Of a DNA stretch of 55,414 nucleotides, positions 28,303-38,695 are shown one piece after another (position 1 is the first letter of the stretch; each line of letters starts with the position of its first letter). Source of the stretch: Hyphomicrobiales bacterium (GTDB taxonomy: Bacteria > Pseudomonadota > Alphaproteobacteria > Rhizobiales > Rhodomicrobiaceae); contig PMBZ01000233.1 in the NCBI GenBank assembly GCA_003153975.1, positions 8,677-64,090 on the forward strand. The letters are read 5' to 3'. The notes under the pieces are model-generated. The model saw only the letters and a list, made by a program, of their open reading frames with translations. It was not told the origin of the DNA and searched no databases. Both the position numbers and the translations under genes were made by a program.

Positions 28303-28572
28303 TCATTTGATCAATCGAGCCGACGGGCGGCCATGCGAGGATGGCGGATCTGCAATAGCCGCCCTCAAAGCCGCCGCGAAACTATCGGCGTTCGGCACGC
28401 GGTATGGCTGGGAGTGGAAAGGACCGGCGGCTGGTTCGAGGTCGTCGGATATTCCGAAACGCCGATGAATGCGGCCAGCCTCAACCGCAGCACCGCAGAA
28501 AGCGACCTCGCGCTCTTTCCAACCGGAAGCCCGCATGACACGCCCAGTGTTCGGCATTGAGCCGCCAACCAT
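28303..28572 (-). pseudogene. C-terminal fragment resembling DUF4037-family protein
   Basis: WKERE...IHRRFGISDDLEP...FHSQPYRVPNADSFAAALRAAIADP. Confidence 0.45.
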
Positions 28573-28696
28573 GACCTCCGTCTGCCTGGAGGATGGCGGA
28601 GATTGTTTCGACGGTCAGCGGTCGGACTTGAAAACCTGTCGTCATATCTAGTAAATCTCGATGTTCAGGCGAATTGGATATGTGGAAACTGGGTTC

Positions 28697-29179
28697 ATGC
28701 GTACGATCAGTGCTTATCAGCCTTCAGACTTGGGCATTATTGCGGAGTTCGTCAGCGCCATCCGGGAGTACGAACGCGCCGCCGTTCCCGAACTAAAGCC
28801 AGGACACGAAATTGCGCAATCCTATGCAGAACAGTTGGTCCGCCTTACCTCGGAGCGAATGGGGTGCATTTTTCTGGCGAAGACAAAGGCGCGTCCTATC
28901 GGCTTCATTTGTGCGTGGATCGATGAAGATGACGACCCGCTTCTACGGGAGGAGACGCGCAGCCATGCTTATGTTTCGGACCTCTTCGTTGACGAAGCCT
29001 GGCGCCGGAAGGGTGTGGCGTCCCATCTGTTGGGCGCCGCAGAAAATGAAATGCGGCTTCGTGGCTGCAAGCGTATCCGCATTTGTTCCAAGGCCGCCAA
29101 TACCGCCGCCATAGGCTGCTACGGCCGTGCAGGATTTCAGGCGTACGAGGTTATCTTCACTAAATCCTTGGCCGAATGA
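28697..29179 (+). CDS. GNAT-family N-acetyltransferase
   Basis: YVSDLFVDEAWRRKGVASHLL, N.AAIGCY..AGF. Confidence 0.92.
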   Translation: MRTISAYQPSDLGIIAEFVSAIREYERAAVPELKPGHEIAQSYAEQLVRLTSERMGCIFLAKTKARPIGFICAWIDEDDDPLLREETRSHAYVSDLFVDEAWRRKGVASHLLGAAENEMRLRGCKRIRICSKAANTAAIGCYGRAGFQAYEVIFTKSLAE

Positions 29180-29535
29180 TCGTGGCGGTCGGCAGTGGCG
29201 GAAAACAAAATATCGGGCAAAGTCTCCTAGGGGATTACACCGCAACTTCAATCACATAAGGGTTCGCAGTCTTATTCCACCTGGCCCGCCAGATTATTCG
29301 CTAAGCAATTGAAGTTGCATGATGTTTTCTGCTCTCCCAAGTTCAACCCATGGCATAGCCCATAGTTTAGTCGAACGTGCAGGGCCACAATCGGGAAGAT
29401 TTAAGGTGCGAAGGAAAAACCGCTGGCCAGGGGGCTGCGCCGCAGCATTGGCCTTGGCGGCGGCTTTTTGGTGCCGGCGGTTCAATCGGCAGGTCCGCGG
29501 AACCTCATGCGATCCGCGGCCGGTCATATGCCCGG

Positions 29536-30864
29536 TCATAGCTTCTCGCCTTTCTTGACCCGATCCAGCAGCGCGAACGCTTGTCCGACGATCTCGACAT
29601 AGGAAGCGTTCTCAGCGTCAGCGAGGCGCCGGATGAGCTGGGCAGTCTGCGGCGAGAAGCGGAACGACATCGGCTCCGTGCGATTCTTCCGGCGCCGGAA
29701 ACGGCCGTCAACCTTCGCTGCGGATAATGTCGAAAGCCGCTTCCTGGCCGAGAACGTCAAGCGCTGAGGCTTGAACTGGCACCAAGACCACATCGGCGTT
29801 CGCGACCGCATCGCGGATAAACGCCGGTCAACGCGACAACGCTCGGCCGCCGGATGACGGCTCTGAACTTCAAGCGCAAGAAGGTTGGCGGCTCGATGCG
29901 TTACGAAGGCCACTTCCTTCAACGTCTCGTGGCCGCTGACCGACATGATTTCATGCGCCGAGCAACCGGCTTCGGCCAGACGGCGGCAGCAGGCTTTGCG
30001 CAGGCCATGCGGCGAGCGTCCCTTGGGGACACCGGCCTTGCGCGCCTTCTCGGTGAACCAGTTGTAGAATCCGGTTTCGGTGAAGGCTTCGCCGAATTGC
30101 GTTTCGAGAAACACGGCCTGCTTTGCCAGCGACGGCATAGCCGCAATCGCGGCTTCGAGTTGGGGCAGAAGCGGAATGTCGATTTCGGCCCCGGTCTTTT
30201 TCTGGCGGTAGACCAGCCGCCCGCCAACGATGTGCCCCGGCCCCAGCCGGACGGCATCGCTGCGGCGCGGGGCGGCGCAAAGCAGCAGCTCAAACGCCAG
30301 CCGTTCGCGCGTGCCTATGGCGTAGCAATCGGTGAACAGTTTGATTTCGGCATCCGGCCAATCCTTGAAGCCCTTCACCTTGTAGCGGATCGGCTCGACC
30401 TCGGTCATTGGGTTGACCCGGATCATCTTGCGCTTCTTGGCGAGCTTCAAAATCGCGCGCAGCATGCGCCGCAGATTGTTCGCCGCCGCAGGTGTCGCCG
30501 CCTTCTTGTCGAGAAGGGCGGTGATGTGCTGCTCTTCGAGCCGCGCCACGGGATGATCGCCATAATCGGCGCGGAACCGTTCCAGAATGCCGCGATAGGT
30601 TTGCCGCGTGGCATCGGAAAGCTGGATGAAGGCGGCCGTCTGGTAATAGATGGTGATGAGATCGGAAACGCTTCCGGGTTTGATCCGGCTTTTGCCCAGC
30701 TCGATTTTCTGCCCGGCCATGGCCGCCTCATAGGCCGCCATGAAGTCCGGCGACCAGGGCAGGCCCGGCAGCGGCACCTGTTTGTGCCCCGCCCTTCTCA
30801 AATACCAGCGCGGCTTGCCCCGGCAATCGATATAGCCGTGACAGTATTTCGGAGGCTGACGCAT
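29536..30864 (-). pseudogene. Tyrosine recombinase lacking the catalytic Tyr, fused in frame to an RHH-like tail
   Basis: RRSDAV, QKKTG, HGLRKA, SGHETLKEV then AFVTH where xxYT is expected; tail DGRFRRRKNRTEPMSFRFSP. Confidence 0.7.
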
Positions 30865-31018
30865 TAGCTGAGTACGCCGTCCCACGGATTTGCTCCTTCG
30901 TCCGGTTCGCTTACATCGCCCGCCGGAGCCAATGCCCCGGCTTCCTCCCTCCTTCACCAAGCCATCGTTCGATCTGCTCAAACTCTGTTCGTGTTATGTG
31001 TTTGTATCCTTTGGCCAT
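30864..31018 (-). pseudogene. Frameshifted small xis-like gene upstream of the integrase
   Basis: Start MAKGYKHIT (AAGGAG SD) and end EGANPWDGVLS* (TAATG overlap with int start) lie in different frames. Confidence 0.45.
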
Positions 31019-31106
31019 TTCGTGCTCCTTGCAAGTATTTTAGCAAGTTGCACTTCACTTTGAGCCGGTCGGTATTATAAAAGCGTAACCGGCGGGGCCT
31101 AATCGC

Positions 31107-31337
31107 ATGCTAAAATCCTCCAGGGCTACGAGCCCGCTTCACTCCAAAGACCCAGCCGCCGCCTGGAGAGCAGCGCAAGCTCACGTCGATGCGGATATCG
31201 AAGGCATGTCTCGCGATCCCGACGCTGACAGGATGGTAAGCGATATGCGCGCCCAAGGCATCGAACCCAGGGACCGTATCAAGGCGCTAATTAGCTATTT
31301 CAAGGCTCGTAGCACCCACACCCCGGCGGAGCCGTGA
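31107..31337 (+). CDS. Putative antitoxin of a Fic module (VbhA/FicA-like)
   Basis: ADIEGM resembles the inhibitory (S/G)xxxE(G/N) motif; GTGA overlap with a Fic remnant. Confidence 0.6.
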   Translation: MLKSSRATSPLHSKDPAAAWRAAQAHVDADIEGMSRDPDADRMVSDMRAQGIEPRDRIKALISYFKARSTHTPAEP

Positions 31338-31630
31338 GCTATCTCCGCACAGCCAATGAACGCGCCGCTTACCGGCGCATTTTTTATCCGGGCACGGAAA
31401 CCTCGTCAACAAGCTTGGCATACGCGACCGGGAACTCCTTGAGCGAACCGCGCCGAAGAAGGTTTTCCACCGAAAGCCAATCATAGGACCTACACCGGTT
31501 TTAAAGCCATTCACCGCCACCTGTTTCAGGATCTTTACTCTTGGGCCGGAAGGGAGCGCCGTTACACAACAGGGCGAAGAGCGACGCCCTTTGCAGTGCC
31601 AGAATACATCACCTCATGGATGCAAGAACG
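31334..31630 (+). pseudogene. Fic-domain toxin, frameshifted and truncated
   Basis: FYPGTE / LVNKLGIRD / KAIHRHLFQDLYSWAG in shifting frames; HPFxxGNGR motif absent. Confidence 0.75.
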
Positions 31631-31634
31631 ATCC

Positions 31635-32171
31635 TTATGGCTTTTCCTTGCGGATGGAGAGCTGCTGATAGCCCTTGCCGAGGATGAAGGGCTTCTTGCT
31701 CGAAATCATGCGGCTGTTGACCCCCGCCCAGGCGATTTCGCCCGAAAGCCTCCCGTATTCGATCTTTGGGCAGCGGTTCATCACCACCTTGAGCCCCGCC
31801 TCCTCCGCCAGCCGCGCCGCCTCATCATTGCGCACGCTGAGCTGCATCCAGACGGCCTTGATGCCAAGCCGGTCCTTGTGTTCCAGCGCCTCCTTGACGA
31901 TGCCAAGGGCCGCCTCGGAATTGCGGAAAACGTCCACCACATCCACCGGCTCCGTCAGCGCGGCAATGCTTGCAAACGCCTTCCGCCCGAGGATCTCGCC
32001 GCCCGCGAGCCCCGGATTGATGGGAAAAACCCGGTAGCCCTTCGCGAGCAGGTACTTCAGCACGAAATAGGAGGGCCGCACCGTGTTCGCACTGGCGCCC
32101 ACCAGGGCGAAACCCTGCGCCTCCTGCAAAATGCCCGCGATGTAGCTGTCTTGGTAACTGTCGTGATCCAT
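31635..32171 (-). CDS. CoA-binding protein (YccU family)
   Basis: ALVGASAN.VRPSY.V.KYL..KGY.V.PINP, VDVVDVFRNS, VWMQL, VVMNRCPKIE. Confidence 0.92.
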   Translation of the reverse strand: MDHDSYQDSYIAGILQEAQGFALVGASANTVRPSYFVLKYLLAKGYRVFPINPGLAGGEILGRKAFASIAALTEPVDVVDVFRNSEAALGIVKEALEHKDRLGIKAVWMQLSVRNDEAARLAEEAGLKVVMNRCPKIEYGRLSGEIAWAGVNSRMISSKKPFILGKGYQQLSIRKEKP

Positions 32172-32317
32172 GGTGCCCCGCATGCCAAGCTCAACGGCAT
32201 ATAGTGCAATTTGGCGGGGTTCGAAAGTTTTCCCGTGGTCGCGGCCTGCGGTGCTGAGTGGCACCGGACAGAAACGGCGCCCGGAGGCGCCGCTCTAAAG
32301 GCCAGATGGGGGCTGGC

Positions 32318-33067
32318 TTATTTCAAAGCCTCGTACTCGCGGCCCACGTGATAGTTCAGGCCGACCGTCAGCGTGTCCGCCGTTGGGGCATAGCTCAAAC
32401 GATAGCCGCTGCTGAACGTGTTGAAGGTCTTGTCGCCGAAATCGAAGTGCAGGTATTCGGCCTTGAGCGACCAACCCCGGCTGAACATCTGCTCGACGCC
32501 GCCGCCCGCAGTCCAGCCCCAGAGCGTTTGACTGTTCGAGAAGTTGTCCGCACCGGAATAGTAGCTGCCCTTGAACGTGTTGTTCAGGAACGCCGCGCCG
32601 CCCTTTCCGTAGAAGAGCGTGGAACCCGCTGCAAAGCCGAGGCGGCCGGTGATATCGCCGTAAAGGCCGCTCGAATTGGAAAATGTGTGCGGCGCATTGG
32701 TTACGACGGTCTTGCTCCCGGAAAGATCGAGCCAGCCAAGATCGGCCTCGATACCGTAAACAAGCGAGCCGCTCTGGAGATTGAAGCCCAGTTGACCGCC
32801 GCCGGTCAGGCCGCTTGTGCTGACGCGGCCGCTGTTCCAAACGTCGTTCAGGCCGCTGGTCCAATTGTCGTGGAAACCGATGTCGCCCCAAGCCGCGCCA
32901 ACATGGCCGCCGAAATAGAGGCCAGCCCAGCCAACCGGCATCGGGCCGTCCTTATACCCGCCATCGGCTGCCCGCGACATATCCGCCGCAAAGGCCGGAG
33001 CCGCTGAAATCGCTATTGCTGCCACCACGCACAGGGCGCCAGCGCCCTTCAAGATCGTGTTCTTCAT
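32318..33067 (-). CDS. Outer-membrane beta-barrel protein (Omp25/Omp31/RopB family)
   Basis: Signal, WAGLYFGGHVG, GGGQLGFN, GWTAGGGVE, WSLKAEYL. Confidence 0.9.
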   Translation of the reverse strand: MKNTILKGAGALCVVAAIAISAAPAFAADMSRAADGGYKDGPMPVGWAGLYFGGHVGAAWGDIGFHDNWTSGLNDVWNSGRVSTSGLTGGGQLGFNLQSGSLVYGIEADLGWLDLSGSKTVVTNAPHTFSNSSGLYGDITGRLGFAAGSTLFYGKGGAAFLNNTFKGSYYSGADNFSNSQTLWGWTAGGGVEQMFSRGWSLKAEYLHFDFGDKTFNTFSSGYRLSYAPTADTLTVGLNYHVGREYEALK

Positions 33068-33357
33068 TGTAACGCCATTTCCCCTGTCGAGCCTGCAATC
33101 GCCGCCCCACGCGGCTTGCCTGTACCAGACTTAGCGGTGTGGATGCCTTGGGTCTTGGGCAGGTGCGAACTCGCTTTGGGCCAGAGGCGAACTCGCGCGT
33201 TAATCGCAACCCTATGTGGTGCTTGCGCCACAGCCAGACGGCGTGCCGTCCACAGATAAATCGCGTGCGCCTTCGAACCTCCCGCAACCTTCAGGCCACC
33301 AAGGGGTTGAACGCATCGTTAGGCCCGGGGGAGCCTTCAATAAGGAGGGATGTCTGC

Positions 33358-34368
33358 ATGAGGCAGGAAGAAACGGGCATCGCGATGTACCGTTTTTCTA
33401 CCGGAGGATTGCCAGCCGGTGAGCGCGTGGAGGCTTGGCGCAATACGATGGAGCAGGCGCTCGCCAGCGCGGATTTCGAGGCATTGCCCGGCACGCCCTT
33501 CTCCCAGGCTGCGTCCATACACATCATGCCCCGGCTTTCGCTGGTGGCGGGCGGAGGCAGCGGCTCCTTTGTGCGCCGCACGAAGGAGCATATCGCCGCC
33601 GATGGGGCCAGCGCTGTCTACCTGCAAATCCAGGTGGAGGGCACGGCGCAAATATCGCAACTCGGCTGCGAGCGGCAGCTTTCCGCCGGCGAAGGAATTC
33701 TGGTGTCGGGTGCGGAGCCGGCCTCGAAGCTTAATCCCGGGCCGGTGCGGTATATCGCCATCAAGGCGCCGGACGGCGCGCTGCGGGCGCTCGCGGCCGA
33801 TCCCGAAGACGCACTCATGAGGCCTATCCCGCCCGATAACCAAGCGCTGCGCCTGCTCAAGGGGTATCTTCTCGCGGCCGACCGCGACGATCCCCTGCTG
33901 TTCGGCCCGAACCCATCCCTGGAAGTGGTATCGGCGTTCACGGTGCATGTGCACAGCCTGATGGCTCTGGCGATTGGCGCGGTGCGCGAGGATTCGCGGG
34001 AAGCGGCCGGCCTCGGGGTACGCGCGGCGCGGCTCTACGAGATCAAGGCCTACATCGCCCGCAACCTTGGAAGAACCGCGCTTTCCGTTCCCGAAGTGGC
34101 GGAGCGGCATGGCGTGACCCCGCGCTACGTGCAAATGCTGTTCGCCGCGGAAGGCGTTACCTTCTCCGAATACGTTCTCGGCCGAAGGCTGGCCCAGGCC
34201 CGGCAGATGCTTACGGAGCCGGCGTTTACGAGCCGGAGCATCAGCAGCATCGCTTTCGAGGCGGGCTTCGCCGATCTGTCGCACTTCAACAAGGCCTTTC
34301 GGCGGCGCTTCGGTGCAACGCCCACCGACGTGCGTTTTGCGGTGGCAAGCGTTCTCGCGATGAAATAG
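33358..34368 (+). CDS. AraC-family transcriptional regulator
   Basis: VAERHGVTPRYVQMLF...SISSIAFEAGFADLSHFNKAFRRRFGATP. Confidence 0.93.
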   Translation: MRQEETGIAMYRFSTGGLPAGERVEAWRNTMEQALASADFEALPGTPFSQAASIHIMPRLSLVAGGGSGSFVRRTKEHIAADGASAVYLQIQVEGTAQISQLGCERQLSAGEGILVSGAEPASKLNPGPVRYIAIKAPDGALRALAADPEDALMRPIPPDNQALRLLKGYLLAADRDDPLLFGPNPSLEVVSAFTVHVHSLMALAIGAVREDSREAAGLGVRAARLYEIKAYIARNLGRTALSVPEVAERHGVTPRYVQMLFAAEGVTFSEYVLGRRLAQARQMLTEPAFTSRSISSIAFEAGFADLSHFNKAFRRRFGATPTDVRFAVASVLAMK

Positions 34369-34410
34369 TGTCGGCTGCTGCGCCGCATGGCGTAATGAAC
34401 CGGGCGAATT

Positions 34411-34571
34411 TCCCCTCCCCCCTGTCCCTCTCCCACGCACGCTCGCCTTGGCGCGCTTGCTACTCAAAGGCGTCCATATCCGCAAACGGATATGGACGGG
34501 AGAGGGAACGCCGGAAATCTCGCCGAGGATGGTTCGAGGGTCCCTTCTCCCATGGGGAGAAGGATGAGGGG
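34411..34571. repeat. Intergenic palindromic repeat (RIME/CIR-like)
   Basis: CCCTCTCCC...GGGAGAGGG and CCTTCTCCCATGGGGAGAAGG; related copy at 54315-54407. Confidence 0.7.
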
Positions 34572-34681
34572 TTGAACGCTTCGATCATGCCGCGCCCACG
34601 CAACCGCCGGTCTATTTGCTAATTCACGCTTCCCTAACGGACAGGTACAAAGATGCGAGGGCCGATTCGAGGAGCAAGAGA

Positions 34682-35137
34682 ATGGCGATCCTGCTGGCGC
34701 TGCACACACTGGCCGTTGTCATTTGGGTTGGAGGCATGTTTTTCGCGCATATGGTGCTGAGGCCAAGTGCCGGCCCGCTTGACACCGCGATGCGCCTGAC
34801 GCTCTGGCATCGCGTCTTCCAGCGTTTTTTTCCTTGGGTCTGGCTTAGCGTGCTGACGATCCTGATAAGCGGCTATGCCATGGTGATCCCGGGATTTGGG
34901 GGCTTCGCCGCGGCACCCGGCTATGTCAATGCAATGATGGCGGCGGGCATCGCGATGGCCTCGGTCTTCTTCTACATCTATTCCGGCCCATGGCAGCGCT
35001 TCCGTCAGGCGGTGCCGGCAGAGGATTGGGGCGCGGCGGAGCAAGCCATCGCCCGCATCCGCCCCCTGGTCTATTTCAATCTGGTGCTTGGCTCGATCAC
35101 AACGCTTGTTGGCGCGGGCGGACGGTTTCTCGCCTAG
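34682..35137 (+). CDS. CopD/DUF4149-like integral membrane protein
   Basis: LHTLAVVIWVGGMFFAHMVLRP; four TM segments. Confidence 0.8.
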   Translation: MAILLALHTLAVVIWVGGMFFAHMVLRPSAGPLDTAMRLTLWHRVFQRFFPWVWLSVLTILISGYAMVIPGFGGFAAAPGYVNAMMAAGIAMASVFFYIYSGPWQRFRQAVPAEDWGAAEQAIARIRPLVYFNLVLGSITTLVGAGGRFLA

Positions 35138-35271
35138 ATTCAATGGCTTGCAAGTATGCCTCCTGGGTCCGGCTTCACGCAAACTTGATGACAGGTTCAA
35201 GCCAAGCCGATGATAAATTTAGCTGGATATTTGCCAAGCGGGGAAGCTCCGCCGTGACGGCTCCTGGATAT

Positions 35272-35889
35272 ATGGCGGATAGGGCGATGATGGCGCGCTG
35301 CATCGAGCTGTCGCGTGCCGCGATCGGGGAAGGCGAATATCCCTTTGGCAGCGTTATCGCGATAGACGGGCGCATTGTCGCCGAAGCGATGAACCGCACG
35401 GTGAAGGAAGGCGACGTTTCGCGACATGCCGAGGTGATCGCGCTTTCGCAGGCGCAAAAGGCATTGTCCAGGCGCGAGTTCGCGCGCGCTACCCTGTACA
35501 GCAATGTCGAGCCATGTGCGATGTGCTCCTACTGCATCCGTGAAGCGTGGGTTGGCCGGGTCGTCTATGCGCTGCGCTCACCTATCATGGGCGGCGTCTC
35601 CAAATGGAACATCCTGCGGGATACGGAAATTGCCCGGCGGATTCCGGTCTTCGGCCCCGCTCCGGAGGTTGTGACCGGCGTGCTGTCCAAAGAGGTTCAG
35701 CAGGTTTGGCAGGCGTGGAATCCGCTGGCTTGGCAGGTGATACGGATGGCCGGGATTCTGACCGCCGGGGACCAGCAAGGCGAAGATGTGAAGGTGCTGG
35801 CGGCGCACAGGCCGCCGGCATGGCAGCGTATGGTCTTTGCGTTGACCCGCCTGGCGCATACGCGATCCAGGCAGGTCAGCGATTCCTGA
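35272..35889 (+). CDS. Nucleoside/tRNA deaminase family protein
   Basis: PFGSVI, HAE, EPCAMC zinc motifs. Confidence 0.9.
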   Translation: MADRAMMARCIELSRAAIGEGEYPFGSVIAIDGRIVAEAMNRTVKEGDVSRHAEVIALSQAQKALSRREFARATLYSNVEPCAMCSYCIREAWVGRVVYALRSPIMGGVSKWNILRDTEIARRIPVFGPAPEVVTGVLSKEVQQVWQAWNPLAWQVIRMAGILTAGDQQGEDVKVLAAHRPPAWQRMVFALTRLAHTRSRQVSDS

Positions 35890-36070
35890 TCCGGCGCAAG
35901 CGGCGAATACCTGCCGCCGTGTGTCTCGACCGTTTGCCGTCATTGCGAGGGGGCTTGGTCCCGAAGCCAGTCCAACGGCGAAATGTGGGACGCTGGAAGC
36001 TGGATCGCCACGGTGGCCGGGGCCGCCTCGCGATGACGGTGTTGTGCTGGAACGGTCAGGAGTTCCGGCA

Positions 36071-36871
36071 TTATTTCAGCGGCTCGTATGCAGGGCTCAC
36101 CCAATAGTTCAGGCCGATCCGCACGGTGTGAAACGCATCGTCGGTCAGCTTGGAGCCATCCGCCTGGATGGTTGAAGGTGCGGCACCAGACGAGATCGGC
36201 ACATCGTGCTTGCCGAAGTCCAGATATTGGTATTCGGCCTTGAGCGACCAGGCTGGATTGAACTTGTATTCGAGGCCGCCGCCCAGCACGTAGCCTGTGA
36301 CGGTGTTGCTGGACTGGTAAATCGCGAGGGGCGGGAAATTGTCCTCCCCATGCTGGCGCAGGCCGCCATAGGCGAAACCGCCCGTAAAATAGAGCAGGGC
36401 GTTGCTGGATGAATAGCCGAGGCGGCCGCGAACGGTACCGAACCAGTCCAGATTGGTCTTGAAAGTCTCGTTCGACAAATTGACGGTCTTGCCCCCGATG
36501 CCCGAGCCTTGAATGTCCGTCTCGACACCGGCGACAAGAGCGGGTGTCCCAAAGAAGGACTGCCAATTATAGCCGATCTGGCCGCCGCCGAAACCGCCGG
36601 ATGCGCCGATCCCGTCAAAGGCCGGAAAGGGCACCCCGGTCAGAGACACTCCGGCCGGATAGGCAAATTGATCGGACGACTGCCGCCAGCCATAGCCGCC
36701 GTTCACGCCCGCATAAAATCCGCTCCATATATTTGTTGGGGCGTAAGCTGGACCGTCCTTGTAACCGCTGTAGCCGCCACCGTAACCCGACAAATCCGCC
36801 GCATTTGCTTGAACACCAACGATGAGCGCACCAGCCGCCGCGCCCATACGCACAAGTTTCACAACAGTCAT
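36071..36871 (-). CDS. Outer-membrane beta-barrel protein (Omp25/Omp31/RopB family)
   Basis: WSGFYAGVNGGY, DWFGTVRGRLGY, WSLKAEYQY, ends YEPLK. Confidence 0.9.
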   Translation of the reverse strand: MTVVKLVRMGAAAGALIVGVQANAADLSGYGGGYSGYKDGPAYAPTNIWSGFYAGVNGGYGWRQSSDQFAYPAGVSLTGVPFPAFDGIGASGGFGGGQIGYNWQSFFGTPALVAGVETDIQGSGIGGKTVNLSNETFKTNLDWFGTVRGRLGYSSSNALLYFTGGFAYGGLRQHGEDNFPPLAIYQSSNTVTGYVLGGGLEYKFNPAWSLKAEYQYLDFGKHDVPISSGAAPSTIQADGSKLTDDAFHTVRIGLNYWVSPAYEPLK

Positions 36872-37151
36872 CTCTTAATCCTACTGTTCGCATGAAATTA
36901 GAACTCTTACGCAACAGCACACTCGCCTTATGGTTGAGACATTCGTGTATATAAGTCAAGGTTGCATTGCATCGGAGGCCGCCCAGTGGCAGGTTGGGAG
37001 CCCGATTGAGCAGGCACTGTTGCGGAAAAGCCGCGCCGTGCCGTGGGGATGGCTTTTCGCCTTGCCGTTCCAAAGGGGACGGCATCCTTCGTGGATGGCG
37101 GGCGATATGGTCACCCGCCACCATGGCAGTCGCTCCCGGTCGCCGTCAGGA

Positions 37152-37952
37152 TTATTTGAGCGGCTCGTATGCCGGGCGGACCCAATAGTTCACGCCAAGG
37201 CGCACGGTGTGAAACGCGTCGTCTTTCACCGTATTCTGATCCGCCGAGAGGGTTGCGGGCGCAGTGCAGCCGCTGCAAGCGAGCCCCGGATCGTTCCTGC
37301 CGAAGTTCAAATACTGGTACTCGGCCTTGAGCGACCAGGACGGATTGAACTTGTATTCGACGCCGCCGCCAAGCACGTAGCCGGTGACGGTGCCATTGGC
37401 TTCGTATACGGCGGTGGGTGTCTTGCTGTTGTCCTCGCCATACTGCCTCAGCCCGCCATAGGCGAAACCGCCGGTGACATAGACCAGCGCGCTGCTGGCG
37501 GCGTAGCCGAGGCGGCCGCGAACGGTGCCGAACCAATCCAGGCTGTTATTGAACGGCTCGCCGGGCACGGTGATGGCTTTGCCCGAAATGCCCGCGCCTT
37601 GAATGTCGGCCTCGACGCCGGCCACCAGCGAGGGCATGCCGGAGACGCCCTGCCAGCCATAGCCGATTTGACCGCCGCCGAAGCCTCCTTCCGCGCCAAT
37701 GCCGGCGAAGGTTGGCCAGGGGACGCCGGCCGGGGGGCAATCCGCGGCGCAGGCGGCATAGCCGAACTGATCGTCCGTTTGGCGCCACGCGTAGCCGCCG
37801 TTTGCCCCCAAATAGAAGCCGGTCCACATGGGCGCGGAGAAAGCAGCGGGGCCGCCCTTGTAGCCGCCGTACAAATCCGCCGCATCGGCTTGAGTAGTAA
37901 AGACGAGCGCGGCGGCCGCGGCGCCCAACTGCGCGATTTTTTTCAGGGTCAT
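37152..37952 (-). CDS. Outer-membrane beta-barrel protein, tandem paralog
   Basis: Same motifs as 36071-36871; both 266 aa. Confidence 0.9.
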   Translation of the reverse strand: MTLKKIAQLGAAAAALVFTTQADAADLYGGYKGGPAAFSAPMWTGFYLGANGGYAWRQTDDQFGYAACAADCPPAGVPWPTFAGIGAEGGFGGGQIGYGWQGVSGMPSLVAGVEADIQGAGISGKAITVPGEPFNNSLDWFGTVRGRLGYAASSALVYVTGGFAYGGLRQYGEDNSKTPTAVYEANGTVTGYVLGGGVEYKFNPSWSLKAEYQYLNFGRNDPGLACSGCTAPATLSADQNTVKDDAFHTVRLGVNYWVRPAYEPLK

Positions 37953-38400
37953 CGATTATCCTATTGTTTGCATGAATGCCTCACAGTAACTCAACCCGGC
38001 TCCACGTATGATTGCGTCGCAATGAATGTCTAGCGGAGATTGCAAACGGCGCGGCCTGCTGCTCCTGGCGCCGGCCCATGAGGGCCTCGCTTCCGGTGGC
38101 CGCGATGATGGAATTCAGAGGGCGAGGCGGAGAGGGGCTTCGCGCGGACCTTCGAGGCGCTGGCCGGCCCGCGGCATATCGCGGAGCCGATGGCACTGAC
38201 GCCGCAAGCCGCGCTGCTGCCGCGGCATGCAGCGCCGGCTGTGTTTTGCAAGCTGCGCTTGGGCGATGGCCGCGCCATCGATTGCGGCATGGCCATCGTC
38301 GCGCGCCAAACCCCAGACTGTAAAACGCGGCGGCGCGATTTGTAAAACATCGCTGCCGTCTTTTTTCTTTGGCTAAGTCTTTGATTTCTCTGGACGAAAG

Positions 38401-38476
<76 letters not shown>

Positions 38477-38695
38477 GCTTTCGCGTGACGTACCTATAAT
38501 GCGCTTCAAGCTGCCTGTCTACGGTGCCGTTAACGCCGGCCCAAAATTCCTCTGGCACACTCCGCTGGAAACCTTAACCCACTGGCCGCGCACACATTCG
38601 CGGCGATCCCTTCCCCGCGGTATTCAGGGAAGGGCGTGGCTCGGCGCCCGGCTCATGCCTTCACTTCAATTCCGTCCGGTACATTACCGGCGTTA

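Noticed and set aside
29262-29291. tRNA or other RNA gene ending CCCGCCA
   Set aside because: No cloverleaf upstream; kept only as an att-like fragment
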